57,283 nt of DNA from Candidatus Nanohaloarchaea archaeon (GTDB lineage: Archaea; Nanohalarchaeota; Nanosalinia; Nanosalinales; Nanosalinaceae). A program made the translations under genes and the position numbers. Of this stretch, positions 27,109 through 37,690 are shown piece by piece. The stretch lies in NCBI GenBank assembly GCA_042218325.1, contig JBDGRE010000023.1, positions 1 through 57,283 on the forward strand. The letters run 5' to 3'. The notes under the pieces were generated by a model. The model was not told the origin of the DNA and did not search any database. It saw only the letters and a list, made by a program, of their open reading frames with translations. Every line of letters begins with the position of its first letter. The first letter of the stretch is position 1.

Positions 27109-27393
27109 TCAGTCCTGCGGCGTGTTTATCTTGTCCACGAGTCTTTCACCGGCCGCGACCTCGTCGATGCTGTGGATAGAAGCCCCGGAGCCTTCGATCA
27201 CAGACCTGACCTCCTGGTCCGATATGCGGCCCTCCATGGTAAGCTTGACGTTCTTGACCTCCTCGTCCACCTCGAGCAGCGAAGAGTTCACGCCCTCCAC
27301 TCCCTCGAGGTCGGCGAGTTCCTGGGTAAGCTGTATCATAGGGGGTTCATGAGGCTTGAGCACATCCACCACCAGCCTGCGTATCTCTGCCAT
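27109..27393 (-). CDS. DUF211 family protein
   Basis: IRRLVVDVLKPHEP...SIHSIDEVAAG; usual partner of the VIT1 gene. Confidence 0.9.
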   Translation of the reverse strand: MAEIRRLVVDVLKPHEPPMIQLTQELADLEGVEGVNSSLLEVDEEVKNVKLTMEGRISDQEVRSVIEGSGASIHSIDEVAAGERLVDKINTPQD

Positions 27394-27460
27394 GCCCGCT
27401 GTTATGGACGCAGGTTTAAGTCTGGTTGGTTTTAAGAAGCTTGCTATCCTTGGGAGAGGT

Positions 27461-27652
27461 ATGGGCAGAGTAAGACAGAACTACATCAAGCGCCTTGCGC
27501 GCGACCTTGTCGACGCTGACGAGGAGCGTTTCAGCGAGGACTTCGAGGAGAACAAGGAGGAGCTGAAGGAGACAGAGGAGTTCGAGTCCAAGAAGCTCCG
27601 CAACCGTGTCGCAGGCTACATAGTCAGAGTGAAACAGCAAAAAGGACTGTAG
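27461..27652 (+). CDS. rps17e: 30S ribosomal protein S17e
   Basis: MGRVRQNYIKR...DFEENK...SKKLRNRVAGYI. Confidence 0.95.
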   Translation: MGRVRQNYIKRLARDLVDADEERFSEDFEENKEELKETEEFESKKLRNRVAGYIVRVKQQKGL

Positions 27653-28109
27653 ATACTGCAGAAAGCAGTACGAGCTGTACAAGGCCTATCCCCGGTACTT
27701 CTCTCGGCACCTGTGTCGACTCCAGTTTTCTCGCGCTCACGGGTATGCTGTCGCTGCTCGCCAGACCTATACTGGTATCTCTCGTCGTGACCTTGAGAGT
27801 GTGGCTCCCGCTCTCTGTGGGGTCAACTACGACCCGGAACCTTCTTTCCTGCATCGGGCCTATGCTGTGGACTTTATAGAAGCTCCCGTCCGGGAAATGG
27901 GCTACCTCTGAAAGACTGGTGTTGAACGTCCTCATCGTGGACGGGTCCGTGTTGTTGACGGTCACGAAGACCGGTATAGAACTCGAGACCGACACTATGA
28001 CGGTGCTGTAACGGTAGTCGATACTGGTCTCGGACCTCGGGCCGGCAGATACAGCAGAGGCAAGGAACACGAACGACAGCACCAGCGCAGCCAGCTCGGT
28101 TTTTCCCAT
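27624..28109 (-). CDS. Secreted Ig-like protein with a PGF-CTERM-like anchor
   Basis: Signal peptide; C-terminal VPGIG followed by a hydrophobic helix. Confidence 0.6.
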   Translation of the reverse strand: MGKTELAALVLSFVFLASAVSAGPRSETSIDYRYSTVIVSVSSSIPVFVTVNNTDPSTMRTFNTSLSEVAHFPDGSFYKVHSIGPMQERRFRVVVDPTESGSHTLKVTTRDTSIGLASSDSIPVSARKLESTQVPREVPGIGLVQLVLLSAVSTVLFAVSL

Positions 28110-28153
28110 CGCTACGGCAGGTAATTCGAAGCTCTGGAACAAAAAGGTGAGTC

Positions 28154-29107
28154 CTAGAAAGTCCTGCGGTCCCGGCGCCTCAGGTCCGGCGAGAAACGCT
28201 TCTCCAGCCTTTTCAGGTACTTCTCCGGTATCTTGGCCCGCCTGTCGGCCTCCACGACCGGCGAGGGAACCGTGTAGCTCTCCGAGGACTTCAGGGAGAG
28301 CATCTCGCCCGCGATAATATCAGCGTCCTCGACATCCCCGTAGTAGTCGACCCGTAGCGGCACGTCGCGGGAGGACAGCCTGACGTAGAAAGTGTTTATG
28401 CGGTTGGCGTGCCGGTCGCTGATGTTCTTCAGGACCGGGTGTTCCACGGGAGAATCCGAGTACCTGCGGACGAAGCTGCGCTCGCCCTCCTGGAGCAGGG
28501 CGTCCATGAGCACCGTGTCACGTATATCGCCGAGCTCCACGCCCGTCTTCTGCTCCATGATATCAGAGAGCTTCAGGCCGTGAGAGTCCTCCACGACTCC
28601 TGCAAGGCTGCCCTTGCTGGCTTTCTCGAACAGTTCCTCGTACCTCCCGAGCACCTCGCCGTCATCGAGGTAGCCCGGGACCACCGAACCATCCATGAAA
28701 ACCCTGTCCCCCCGTTCAAGCGCTTCAAGTGCGGTCTCCACCTCTGCGCGCAGGCGCTCGGTCTCGGCCTTTCTCTCCAGGCCCCGCGAGTCTCCCGAGC
28801 TGGAGACATGGAACTCCGGAACCGGGTCGCTGGCAGGAAGGTAATCTGCCCGGGGGCCGGGAAAGCTGAATATGGCTGAAACCGCCCGCGTGGCCACCAC
28901 ATCCCCGGCCGCGTACCTTTTCTTCACGAGGCCTCCATCGACACCCGCGACCTTCCCGGGTTCGCGCGGCTCGATGCTCTTACTGATATCCTCCTCGAGT
29001 ACCGTGGAACCCTTCTCGATCGTGTCGATACCGGAGAACTTCCGTTCAAGCGAGGCACTGTCTCCCATCCGGGAGAGCTCCTCAGCTGCCTCCTCTAGGG
29101 TCGCCAT
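28154..29107 (-). CDS. nurA: NurA family DNA double-strand break repair nuclease
   Basis: AGVDGG, RLRAE, FMDGS, VPSPVVEADRRAKI. Confidence 0.8.
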   Translation of the reverse strand: MATLEEAAEELSRMGDSASLERKFSGIDTIEKGSTVLEEDISKSIEPREPGKVAGVDGGLVKKRYAAGDVVATRAVSAIFSFPGPRADYLPASDPVPEFHVSSSGDSRGLERKAETERLRAEVETALEALERGDRVFMDGSVVPGYLDDGEVLGRYEELFEKASKGSLAGVVEDSHGLKLSDIMEQKTGVELGDIRDTVLMDALLQEGERSFVRRYSDSPVEHPVLKNISDRHANRINTFYVRLSSRDVPLRVDYYGDVEDADIIAGEMLSLKSSESYTVPSPVVEADRRAKIPEKYLKRLEKRFSPDLRRRDRRTF

Positions 29108-29145
29108 AGACACGTATAAGAGCTTTAAACGTTAAAACCCTCGAC

Positions 29146-29916
29146 ATGGACGACCTCAACGATATCAAGAACTTCTTCTTCGACCTGGACAAGACCCTCT
29201 GGAACTGGGACGAGACCATCATAGGCGCGGAGGACACAGTCGATTCGCTCCGGGAGAAGGACAGGAACGTCTTCTTCCACACGGACAACACCCTGCTGAC
29301 ACGGGCCCAGTACGCGAAGAAGCTGACCTCTCTGGGCATACCGGCCGAGACGGAGGACGTCATGACCTCCGGTTACGCCGCCGCGAAGCACCTGGAAAAA
29401 AAGGACGTCCAGGAGGCCTACGTGATAGGTGAATCCGGGCTTGTAAGCGAGCTGGAGGCCCGGGATATCGATGTCTCTGAGGACGCGGAGGTTGTCGTGG
29501 CGGGCCTCGACCGGCAGTTCAGCTACTCGAAACTCCGGCGGGCGATGCGCGCCCTCGAGGAAGGCGAGCTATACATCTGCTCGACGGAGACCACTTTCAG
29601 GACCTCGAACGGCGAGCAGCCGCACCAGGGCCCGACAAACCTCGCGCTCCAGGAGTTCGGGGAGGCGACAAACGCGGGCAAGCCCGGCAGCATCTTCAGG
29701 AAACAGTTCAAGGACTACTTCAGCTACTACCCGGACCGCTCCCTTTTCATAGGTGACCGGCTCGCAGATATCGAGACCGGCAACAGGCTGGGTATGAAGA
29801 CCGCGGCGGTGATGTCGGGCGATATCGACACCGAAAAGCTGAAGCAGGCAGACGAGATGCAGCAGCCTGATTATGGCATCTCACACCTCGGCAAGCTGAA
29901 GAAGCGGGTACTGTAG
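29146..29916 (+). CDS. HAD-IIA (NagD-like) hydrolase
   Basis: FDLDKTL, AGKP, IGDRLADI, MSG motifs. Confidence 0.88.
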   Translation: MDDLNDIKNFFFDLDKTLWNWDETIIGAEDTVDSLREKDRNVFFHTDNTLLTRAQYAKKLTSLGIPAETEDVMTSGYAAAKHLEKKDVQEAYVIGESGLVSELEARDIDVSEDAEVVVAGLDRQFSYSKLRRAMRALEEGELYICSTETTFRTSNGEQPHQGPTNLALQEFGEATNAGKPGSIFRKQFKDYFSYYPDRSLFIGDRLADIETGNRLGMKTAAVMSGDIDTEKLKQADEMQQPDYGISHLGKLKKRVL

Positions 29917-30480
29917 TTATCCTTCCAGCCAGTCGAGGAACTCCTGCGTTGCCTTCTCCCGGTGAGAGACATTATCTTTCAGATCCGGGTTCTCGGCGAA
30001 CGTCGAACCGTCGCCGTCCCACGGGATGAAAAGCGAGTCATAAGGCAGGTGAGGATGTGATTCACCTCTCGCTTTTTCGGGGACCTGTCCCGAGATACTG
30101 GCGGAGAAAACTCTCGTATCTTCCCGATCGTGAAAGGCTATCGCGGTCTTGAAGTACGCCTCGCGGTCGCCCTCACCTTCGAGCAGGTCGAGCAGGCCTT
30201 CAGCGCCGACGGTCCTGTCGAAAAATGCGGCCTTCGCACCGGGGAAACCGCCGAGGGCCTCGACGAAGAATCCTGTGTCCTCGACCAGGACCGGTTCGTC
30301 TCCCTCGACCTCGCGGAAAGAGTCCTCGGCCTTCCTCCTGGCGACGTCCTCCACGTCGAGCGCGTCGATCTCGTCTATTTCGACCTCCACCTGTTCCAGC
30401 TCGAGGCCGCGGTCCTCGAACATCGGCCGCATCTCCTCTACCTTGCCTCGGTTGCCGGTTGCGAACAGTATTCTTTCCAT
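29917..30480 (-). CDS. Non-canonical purine NTP pyrophosphatase (Ham1/RdgB)
   Basis: ATGNRGKVEE, VEDTG, GFPG, YDSLF, KDNVSHR. Confidence 0.92.
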   Translation of the reverse strand: MERILFATGNRGKVEEMRPMFEDRGLELEQVEVEIDEIDALDVEDVARRKAEDSFREVEGDEPVLVEDTGFFVEALGGFPGAKAAFFDRTVGAEGLLDLLEGEGDREAYFKTAIAFHDREDTRVFSASISGQVPEKARGESHPHLPYDSLFIPWDGDGSTFAENPDLKDNVSHREKATQEFLDWLEG

Positions 30481-30536
30481 ACCGGGAGATTGTCGGAAAG
30501 CAGTTTAAAGAATTGCTATGGGAAACACAGGTAGAG

Positions 30537-32642
30537 GTGTCCGAAATCGATAGAGGAAAAGTAACCGTAACCTCCGCGCTCCCGTACGTCCACGGCGTTC
30601 CACATCTCGGGAACTTCGCGGGCAGCGTGTTCCCCGCGGAGCTGTTCCACAGGTACCTGGACCTGAAAGGAGTGGAGAACGAGTTCATCTGCGGCGGCGA
30701 TGTCCACGGAACACCTCTCGAACTCGAGGCGCTGGAGCGAGGCGAGGACCCTCGGGACATCAAGGATGAGCAGAACCGGAAGGTGAAGGAGGCTTACGAG
30801 AGCCTGAACGTCGATTTCTCGATTTTCTCGGACACCCACAGCGAGTACAACAAAAAACAAACGTGGGACATGTTCGAGGAGCTGTACTGCTCGGGGCTCA
30901 TACACGAGAAGACGCAGAACATGCCCTACTGCCGGGACGACGAGCGGTTCCTGCCGGACAGGTACATCGAGGGCGAGTGCCCGAACTGCGGCGGCCTCGC
31001 AAGGGGCGACCAGTGCGACGACTGCGGCCAGCTGCTGGAGCCGGAGGAGATAATCGAGCCGGAATGCCAGATCTGCGGCGGGAACAACATAGATTTCAGG
31101 GACACCGACCACCTGTTCCTCGACCTGACCGAGTTCAAGGACGAGCTCCGTGAATGGGTGGAGGAAGAGGACGCGGTGCCCGACAACATGGAGAACCAGG
31201 TGCTCCACGACATAGAAGAGGCCGAGGAAAGGTCGATAACCCGGGACCAGAACTGGGGCTTCCGCGTCCCGGTGGAAAGAGTCAACCAGAGGATAGAGGA
31301 AGAAGGACTCGATGTCGAGAAGCTTGACCCGGAGAGGTACGAAGACAAGGTGCTGTACGTCTGGTTCGACGCGCCGATAGGCTACATCGGCTTCACGCGT
31401 GAGCTTTTTGCCGAAAAAGGTCACGGGAGCAGCGGAGAAGCCGATGCGATGTGGAAGCAGCACTGGAACCAGGACGCCGAGGTATACTACTCGATAGGCA
31501 AGGACAACACCATATTCCACACCGTCATCTTCCCGACGATGCTGCTCGGCGCGTCAAACGAGGAGATGGAGTACGCCCTGCCGGAGTACGAGTTCATCCA
31601 GCAGTACCTGATGTGGGAGGAGGGCGCGTTCTCGAAGTCCCGCGACCGCGGCGTCTTCATCGACGAAGCGGTCCAGCACTACCCGGCGGACTACTGGCGT
31701 TTCTACATCGCCAAGATGCTGCCGACCGACCACGACACCAACTTCTCCTGGGAAGACTTCGAGAAGGAGATAAACAACGTGCTGAACGACACCGTCGGCA
31801 ACTTCGTCAACCGGACGCTCGCCCTGACCGAGAAATGGTTCGACAACGAGGTGCCCGCCGGCGAACTTGAGTACGAGGACAGACAGGCGATCGAACAGGC
31901 GGAGTCGATAGTCGAGGACTACCAGGAAAGATTCGAGGACCACGACCTCAAAGGCGGCCTCGAGAAAGCGCTCGAACTTGCGAGGCTCGGCGACCGGTAC
32001 CTCTCCGAGGAGGAGCCGTGGAACAACGAGGAGCGTCGCAAACCGGTGCTGCAGGTCGCGGTCCAAGTAGTGCGCGGGCTTGCTGTGCTGCTCTACCCGT
32101 TCACGCCCGACGCCTCAGAACGCGTGGCTGAGATGCTCGACGTGGAGATACACACAGAGGAGGGATACGACGAGTTCACAGATCCTCTTCTTGAAGATGT
32201 CGGGGCCGGCGAAACGCTGGGAGAACGCAAGCAGCTTTTCGAAAAGATAGATGTAGAAGATAAAAAAGAGGATGAAGAAGGGGAAGAAAAGGAGGCAGAA
32301 GGAGTAAAGATGACAGGCGATATCAGCTTCGAGGAGTTCCAGGACCTCGATATCCGTATCGGCAAGGTTATAGAAGTCGAGGAGCATCCGAACGCGGACA
32401 GGCTCTACCTCGTGCAGGTAGACGTCGGCGTCAGGCAGCTCCAGACATGCGCCGGGCTCGTAGACCACTACGAGCCGGCGGAGATAGAAGGCAGAAAGGT
32501 AGTGGTACTCGTCAACCTCGAGCCTTCAGAACTGCGCGGCGAGACAAGCCAATGCATGATGCTGGCCGCGGAAGACGAGAACGGTAACGTTTCCCTGATC
32601 GGGACGGATAGAGAGATGGAAGTCGGGAGCGAGGTCAGGTAG
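30537..32642 (+). CDS. metG: Methionine--tRNA ligase with C-terminal tRNA-binding domain
   Basis: ALPYVHGVPHLGN, zinc knuckles, YVWFDAPIGY, GKDN, AFSKS, OB-fold tail. Confidence 0.97.
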   Translation: MSEIDRGKVTVTSALPYVHGVPHLGNFAGSVFPAELFHRYLDLKGVENEFICGGDVHGTPLELEALERGEDPRDIKDEQNRKVKEAYESLNVDFSIFSDTHSEYNKKQTWDMFEELYCSGLIHEKTQNMPYCRDDERFLPDRYIEGECPNCGGLARGDQCDDCGQLLEPEEIIEPECQICGGNNIDFRDTDHLFLDLTEFKDELREWVEEEDAVPDNMENQVLHDIEEAEERSITRDQNWGFRVPVERVNQRIEEEGLDVEKLDPERYEDKVLYVWFDAPIGYIGFTRELFAEKGHGSSGEADAMWKQHWNQDAEVYYSIGKDNTIFHTVIFPTMLLGASNEEMEYALPEYEFIQQYLMWEEGAFSKSRDRGVFIDEAVQHYPADYWRFYIAKMLPTDHDTNFSWEDFEKEINNVLNDTVGNFVNRTLALTEKWFDNEVPAGELEYEDRQAIEQAESIVEDYQERFEDHDLKGGLEKALELARLGDRYLSEEEPWNNEERRKPVLQVAVQVVRGLAVLLYPFTPDASERVAEMLDVEIHTEEGYDEFTDPLLEDVGAGETLGERKQLFEKIDVEDKKEDEEGEEKEAEGVKMTGDISFEEFQDLDIRIGKVIEVEEHPNADRLYLVQVDVGVRQLQTCAGLVDHYEPAEIEGRKVVVLVNLEPSELRGETSQCMMLAAEDENGNVSLIGTDREMEVGSEVR

Positions 32643-33347
32643 TCAGCTGGCCACGATGAAGTCTTCGTCCTCTTCCATCGGTTCATCGGGCCCTTCTACC
32701 TGTTCAACTATACCCTCTACACCGACACCTGCTTCGTCATCGAACCCCCCGGTTTCCTGCTCATCCCGGATGCGGTACTGCTCAAATTCCTCCACAGGGT
32801 AGTCTGTAAAGCCATCTGTCTCGTCTGCCAGCTCATCCAGTTCATCCCCCGGGATCGCGTATTCATTGCCGGTATACTTGTCTTTCCCGAAGATGTCGAC
32901 TTCCAGCAGGGCGACCCCGTCATCGGGGACGATACGGTTTATCTCCTGGAGGGCCTCAGACTGGTGCTCTGGCCTTATACGTGACAGCAGGGTCTTGCAG
33001 ACGACCATGTCAGCCTGCCCTGTCTCAAGTCCTGTATCTGAAGCACTGCTGTGGCTGTATTCGTCGACCCGTCCTTCGCTGGCAGCCTCCCTGACCGCTT
33101 CACCGTCGATATCGACACCGTGTACAGTTGTGTGGACATCCTGTTCCTCGATCCACTGCGAGAACCTGTAGGCGGGTTCACCGGTCGAGCAGCCGATATC
33201 GACCAAGTAGACATCATCCCTGTCTTCAACATAGCTGAGAGCGCCCTCTCTAAAGCCGTCGTAACGATTAGGGAAGGTGGTCTGGTCATCCCAGACTCCC
33301 TCCGCTCTTCTGTCTTCGAAGCTCTCCAGGTCGTTTCCTGCAGCCAT
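32643..33347 (-). CDS. Class I SAM-dependent methyltransferase
   Basis: LVDIGCSTG motif I, GVDID, ADMVVC. Confidence 0.8.
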   Translation of the reverse strand: MAAGNDLESFEDRRAEGVWDDQTTFPNRYDGFREGALSYVEDRDDVYLVDIGCSTGEPAYRFSQWIEEQDVHTTVHGVDIDGEAVREAASEGRVDEYSHSSASDTGLETGQADMVVCKTLLSRIRPEHQSEALQEINRIVPDDGVALLEVDIFGKDKYTGNEYAIPGDELDELADETDGFTDYPVEEFEQYRIRDEQETGGFDDEAGVGVEGIVEQVEGPDEPMEEDEDFIVAS

Positions 33348-33358
33348 GAAAACCACCT

Positions 33359-33994
33359 CTAGAGGCTGTCCTCAAAATACTCTGGCCTTTCGCTCGGATA
33401 ATCGCTCTCGCTATCGGGAAGGCTATCAAGCTCAAGATCTTGGCCAGTCATCTTGCGGTATTTCTCCTTGAAATCATCGACACTCTTGACCCCCAGAGGG
33501 TTCGGTCCGAAGATGTCGAAATCCACTTCTATAGTTCCGTCCACCTCCCTGGTCTTGGTGAGCGCGTAAAGGATTCTTCCATTTTCTTCGTCCCCGAGAT
33601 CGCTGTAGACCACAAGCCTGTCGCCGGAAGTCTCCGCGCCAGTGATGTGCTCGGAGTCAACTACATAGATATCGTCGTCCCATTCCCAGGCTTCAAGGCG
33701 TCCTTCGTCCATGTCTGCGTGCTGGAAGACACGCTTGCCAGCAGCTCCAGATGGTTCTTCCTCCTTTCTCGGCACCTTACCGAGGTCCTTTCCATCGCCT
33801 GAAAGTGCGCCTGAGGCGTCCTTCAGGCCCGCCCATTGAGCTCTCTCCAGCTTCTCTATCCATTTCTCCATGAAAGACACCTATGTCGTAACCTCTATGG
33901 TTTTAAGCTCGATTTTACCGCCTGAAAGGTCCTCTCTCAGCTCTCTGAGGTTCTCATCCGCGGCTTCAGCATAGACTGCCTCTCCAGTTCTCAT
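33359..33994 (-). pseudogene. Hypothetical protein, apparently interrupted by an in-frame TAG at 33881-33883
   Basis: ATG 33994 MRTGEAVYAE...IEVTT* is in frame with the 173-aa ORF starting VSFMEKW. Confidence 0.5.
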
Positions 33995-34088
33995 AGTTGT
34001 TACTTACTCGTGAATACTATATAAGTATTTCGGTAGCGCGCCGAAGAGTGCAGCGAGCTATAAACAAGTGCCGGGCTACTGAAACGCC

Positions 34089-34871
34089 ATGAAGCTCCAC
34101 TTCCTCGGAACCGGCGGCGGCAGGTACGTGACCGGCATGCAGCGGCGGAAGACCGCGGGAATAGTAGTGGAAACTGGCGAGACACAGCTCCATGTTGATC
34201 CTGGTCCTGGTGCGCTGGTGGAGAGCCACGAACGGGGGCTCGCGGAGGATACGGAGGCTGTCGTCGTGTCTCACGGTCATCTCGACCATGCGAACGATGC
34301 GAAGGCAGTGATCGAGATGATGGCGGAGGCCTTTGACCGGAGAGGAGCGGTGTTCGCCAGCGAGTCCGTGCTGAGAGGCTACGGGGACGTCGAGAGATGG
34401 GTTTCAGACTACCATATCGGGCTCTGCCAGCGCGTGGAGACGCTCGAGGAGGGTTCAGTTTTCGAGTTCGAGGATGTCGAGATACGGTCGCAGGAGATGT
34501 TCCACTCTGATTCCAAGACGCAGGGCTTCGTCATAGAGGGAGAGGAGAAAACAGTCGGTTTCTGGACCGACACGGAGTTCTCGGAGGAGTTACTCGGGTT
34601 CTACGAGGACGTGGACGTGCTGGTGCTTTACTGCAACAGGCCGAAAGGGGAGAGCGTTCCCGGACACACGTCGCTAGACGAGGTACCAGATATCGTGGAT
34701 GCAGTGGAGCCGAACGCTGTCATACTGACGCATTTCGGCTTCAAGTTCCTGGACAGCGACATGGAGGAACAGCAAGAATGGCTGAAGGAGCAGGTCGACG
34801 CCCGGGTGGTTTTCGCGGAGGACGGCATGGAGTTCCCGGGCGACTCGAAGCTCTCGAGGTTCGCTTCCTGA
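34089..34871 (+). CDS. MBL-fold metallo-hydrolase
   Basis: FLGTGGGR, VDPGPG, SHGHLDH, TDT, LTHFG. Confidence 0.9.
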   Translation: MKLHFLGTGGGRYVTGMQRRKTAGIVVETGETQLHVDPGPGALVESHERGLAEDTEAVVVSHGHLDHANDAKAVIEMMAEAFDRRGAVFASESVLRGYGDVERWVSDYHIGLCQRVETLEEGSVFEFEDVEIRSQEMFHSDSKTQGFVIEGEEKTVGFWTDTEFSEELLGFYEDVDVLVLYCNRPKGESVPGHTSLDEVPDIVDAVEPNAVILTHFGFKFLDSDMEEQQEWLKEQVDARVVFAEDGMEFPGDSKLSRFAS

Positions 34872-35044
34872 ACAGGTTTAAAACTCTCCAGCACCAGTTC
34901 CTGGTTACGATGGCACCGAGCACCATACAGAAGGGTGGCCGCTTTGTACCGCGGCCGTCGCACGACCTCTGAAAGCTATTCTCAACAGTCTTCAAAAGCT
35001 CATTTAAGTTTCCGTACCGACCGGTTTCCTGTTAGGCGATATCA

Positions 35045-37690
35045 ATGAAGGGAGATTACAGTCCGAGGCAGGTCGAGAGCAAGTGGCAGGATAGATGGGT
35101 CAAAAACAGGACTTACGCTTACACCGCTGTGGATGACAGCAGCGAGGTGTTCTCCATCGACACGCCGCCACCGACCGTATCGGGCTCCCTCCACATGGGC
35201 CACCTTTACGGACAGACACTGCAGGACTTCCAGGCCCGGTTCCAGAGGATGTACAACGGCGCGGTCTTCCAGCCGTTCGGCTACGATGACAACGGCATCG
35301 CCTCGGAAAGGTTGACTGAGGACGAGCTCGGCATCGAGCACCAGGATTTCTCGCGGAGGGAATTCCAGGAGAAGTGCCGCGAGGTCTGCGAGGAATACGA
35401 GAACCAGTTCACGGAGAACATGCAGGGCCTCGGAATCTCGCACGACTGGACGAATACTTACAAGACCATCGAGCCGCGCGTCCAGCGTATCTCCCAGCTC
35501 TCCTTCATCGACCTGTACGAGAAAGACAGGGAGTACAGGAAGAAAGGGCCAGCGATATGGTGCCCGGAGTGCGAGACCGCGATATCGCAGGTCGAGACAG
35601 AGGACGCGGAGCGACACAGTAGCTTCAACGACATCGAGTTCGAGCTGGCTGATGGTCACGGCTCGCTGGTCATATCCACGACAAGGCCCGAGCTTCTGCC
35701 GGCATGCGTCGCGATATTCGTCCACCCGGATGACGAGGCCAACGCACAACTGAAGGGCGGGAGCGCGCGTGTACCTCTATTCGGCCACGAGGTCCCGATC
35801 ATAGAGGATGAACGCGTCGACATGGAGAAGGGGACCGGAGTCGTCATGTGCTGCACTTTCGGCGACCAGACGGACATAGAGTGGTACCAGGCCCACGACC
35901 TGCCGCTGCGCGTGGCGATAGACGAGTCGGGTATCATGACTGATGTCGCCGGCAAGTACGAGGGCATGACCACGAAAGAGGCCCGGGAAGCCATAATAGA
36001 GGATCTCGAGGAGGCCGACCACCTGCTCGACAGCGAAGACATAACTCACACGGTTCAGGTCCACGAGCGGTGCGACGAGGATATCGAGTTCCTGGTAACC
36101 GAGCAGTGGTACGTCGAGCTGCTGGACCACAAGGACAAGTACCTTGAGGCCGGCGAGCAGATGGACTGGTACCCCGAGAAGATGTTCTCAAGGTACAAGC
36201 ACTGGATAGAAGGGCTTCAGTGGGACTGGTGCATCTCCCGGCAGCGCGACTCGGGGATCCCGTTCCCGGTCTGGTACTGCATGGAGTGCGGTGAGGAGGT
36301 TATCGCCGATAAGAAAGACCTCCCCGTTGACCCGATAGAGGATGAACCTCCGGTCGATGAATGCCCTGACTGCGGGGCGGAGGGCTTCGAGGCCGAGGAG
36401 GACGTATTCGACACCTGGGCCACCTCGAGCCTGACACCACTGATAAACGCAGGCTGGGACTGGGACGAGGAGAACGGTTTCACGATGGACCGGGAGGAGC
36501 TGTACCCGTTCGACCTCCGGCCGGAGGGCCACGACATCATCTCGTTCTGGCTGTTCCACACAGTCGTGAAATGCTACGAGCACACCGGAGAAGTCCCGTT
36601 CGAGGGCGTCATGAACCACGGCCACGTCCTCGACGAGAACCGGGAGAAGATGAGCAAGTCGAAGGGCAACGTCGTGACGCCCGCAGAAGTCCTCGAGGAT
36701 TTCCCTGTAGACGCGGCGAGGTACTGGGCCGCCGGTTCGAAGGTCGGCGACGACTTCCCGTTCAAGAAAGGAGACCTGGAGGCGGGCGAGAAGCTGCTGA
36801 GGAAGATGTGGAACGCCTCCAAGCTGGTCGACAGGCTCGCACCACAGGACCGTGACATTAAGCAAGAGGAGCTTGAACCCATCGACCGGTGGATGCTTGC
36901 GAGGCTCGATGAAACGGTGGAGTACGCGACCGAGAAGTTCCAGGACTACGAGTTCGCGAAGGCCCGGAACCGCATCCGGCACGTCTTCTGGGACACCTTC
37001 TGTGACGACTACCTCGAGATAACGAAGCAGCGTCTGGAAGGCGAGGACAACCGTTCGGCGGAACACACACTGAGAACCGCACACCGCAATTTCCTGAAAC
37101 TGTTCGCGCCGTTCCTCTCGCACATAACCGAGGAGATCTACCACCAGATGTACTCGTCGGGATTCTCGCCCGAGATGGCCGATGGAGAAGACTCGTCTTC
37201 GACCGATTCAAGTATACTTCACAGTGAGTGGCCGGAGACCTCCGGAGTGGAGTTCGAAGTCGCAAGAGGCAACCGGGCGATGCAGGTCATCTCTGCGCTG
37301 AGAAAGTACAAGAGCGACCACCAGATGTCGATGAACAAGAACCTCGGGAAGGTCCAGGTCTACGGCGACATAGAAGGATTCGAGCGCGAGATACAGGAGG
37401 TCATGCACGTTGAGGACCTTGAGATCCTCGAGGAGGAACCGGAGACCGAGAGACAGATAATCCGGATCAAGCTCGACTACGAGCGCGCTGGTCCCAAGTA
37501 CGGCGACAAGGTCGGCGAGATCGAGGAGGCCCTAGAAAACAACGAGTGGAATATAGACTCCGGCCACCTCGAGGTCGCGAGTGAACACCTGAAGCCCGAG
37601 ATGTTCGAGGTCGAGGACGAGCACGTCCACAAGGGAGAAGGGGAACTCATAGAGACCGAGGACGCGTTCGTCGTGGTGAAGCAAGGATGA
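35045..37690 (+). CDS. valS: Valine--tRNA ligase
   Basis: DTPPPTVSGSLHMGH, TTRPEL, WCISRQR, DTWATS, KMSKS. Confidence 0.97.
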   Translation: MKGDYSPRQVESKWQDRWVKNRTYAYTAVDDSSEVFSIDTPPPTVSGSLHMGHLYGQTLQDFQARFQRMYNGAVFQPFGYDDNGIASERLTEDELGIEHQDFSRREFQEKCREVCEEYENQFTENMQGLGISHDWTNTYKTIEPRVQRISQLSFIDLYEKDREYRKKGPAIWCPECETAISQVETEDAERHSSFNDIEFELADGHGSLVISTTRPELLPACVAIFVHPDDEANAQLKGGSARVPLFGHEVPIIEDERVDMEKGTGVVMCCTFGDQTDIEWYQAHDLPLRVAIDESGIMTDVAGKYEGMTTKEAREAIIEDLEEADHLLDSEDITHTVQVHERCDEDIEFLVTEQWYVELLDHKDKYLEAGEQMDWYPEKMFSRYKHWIEGLQWDWCISRQRDSGIPFPVWYCMECGEEVIADKKDLPVDPIEDEPPVDECPDCGAEGFEAEEDVFDTWATSSLTPLINAGWDWDEENGFTMDREELYPFDLRPEGHDIISFWLFHTVVKCYEHTGEVPFEGVMNHGHVLDENREKMSKSKGNVVTPAEVLEDFPVDAARYWAAGSKVGDDFPFKKGDLEAGEKLLRKMWNASKLVDRLAPQDRDIKQEELEPIDRWMLARLDETVEYATEKFQDYEFAKARNRIRHVFWDTFCDDYLEITKQRLEGEDNRSAEHTLRTAHRNFLKLFAPFLSHITEEIYHQMYSSGFSPEMADGEDSSSTDSSILHSEWPETSGVEFEVARGNRAMQVISALRKYKSDHQMSMNKNLGKVQVYGDIEGFEREIQEVMHVEDLEILEEEPETERQIIRIKLDYERAGPKYGDKVGEIEEALENNEWNIDSGHLEVASEHLKPEMFEVEDEHVHKGEGELIETEDAFVVVKQG
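37158..37204 (+). repeat. Twin-hairpin element in frame in valS, similar to the tRNA-Arg(CCT) intron
   Basis: ATTCTC-GCCC-GAGAT ggccgatgga GAAGAC-TC-GTCTTC gac. Confidence 0.65.
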
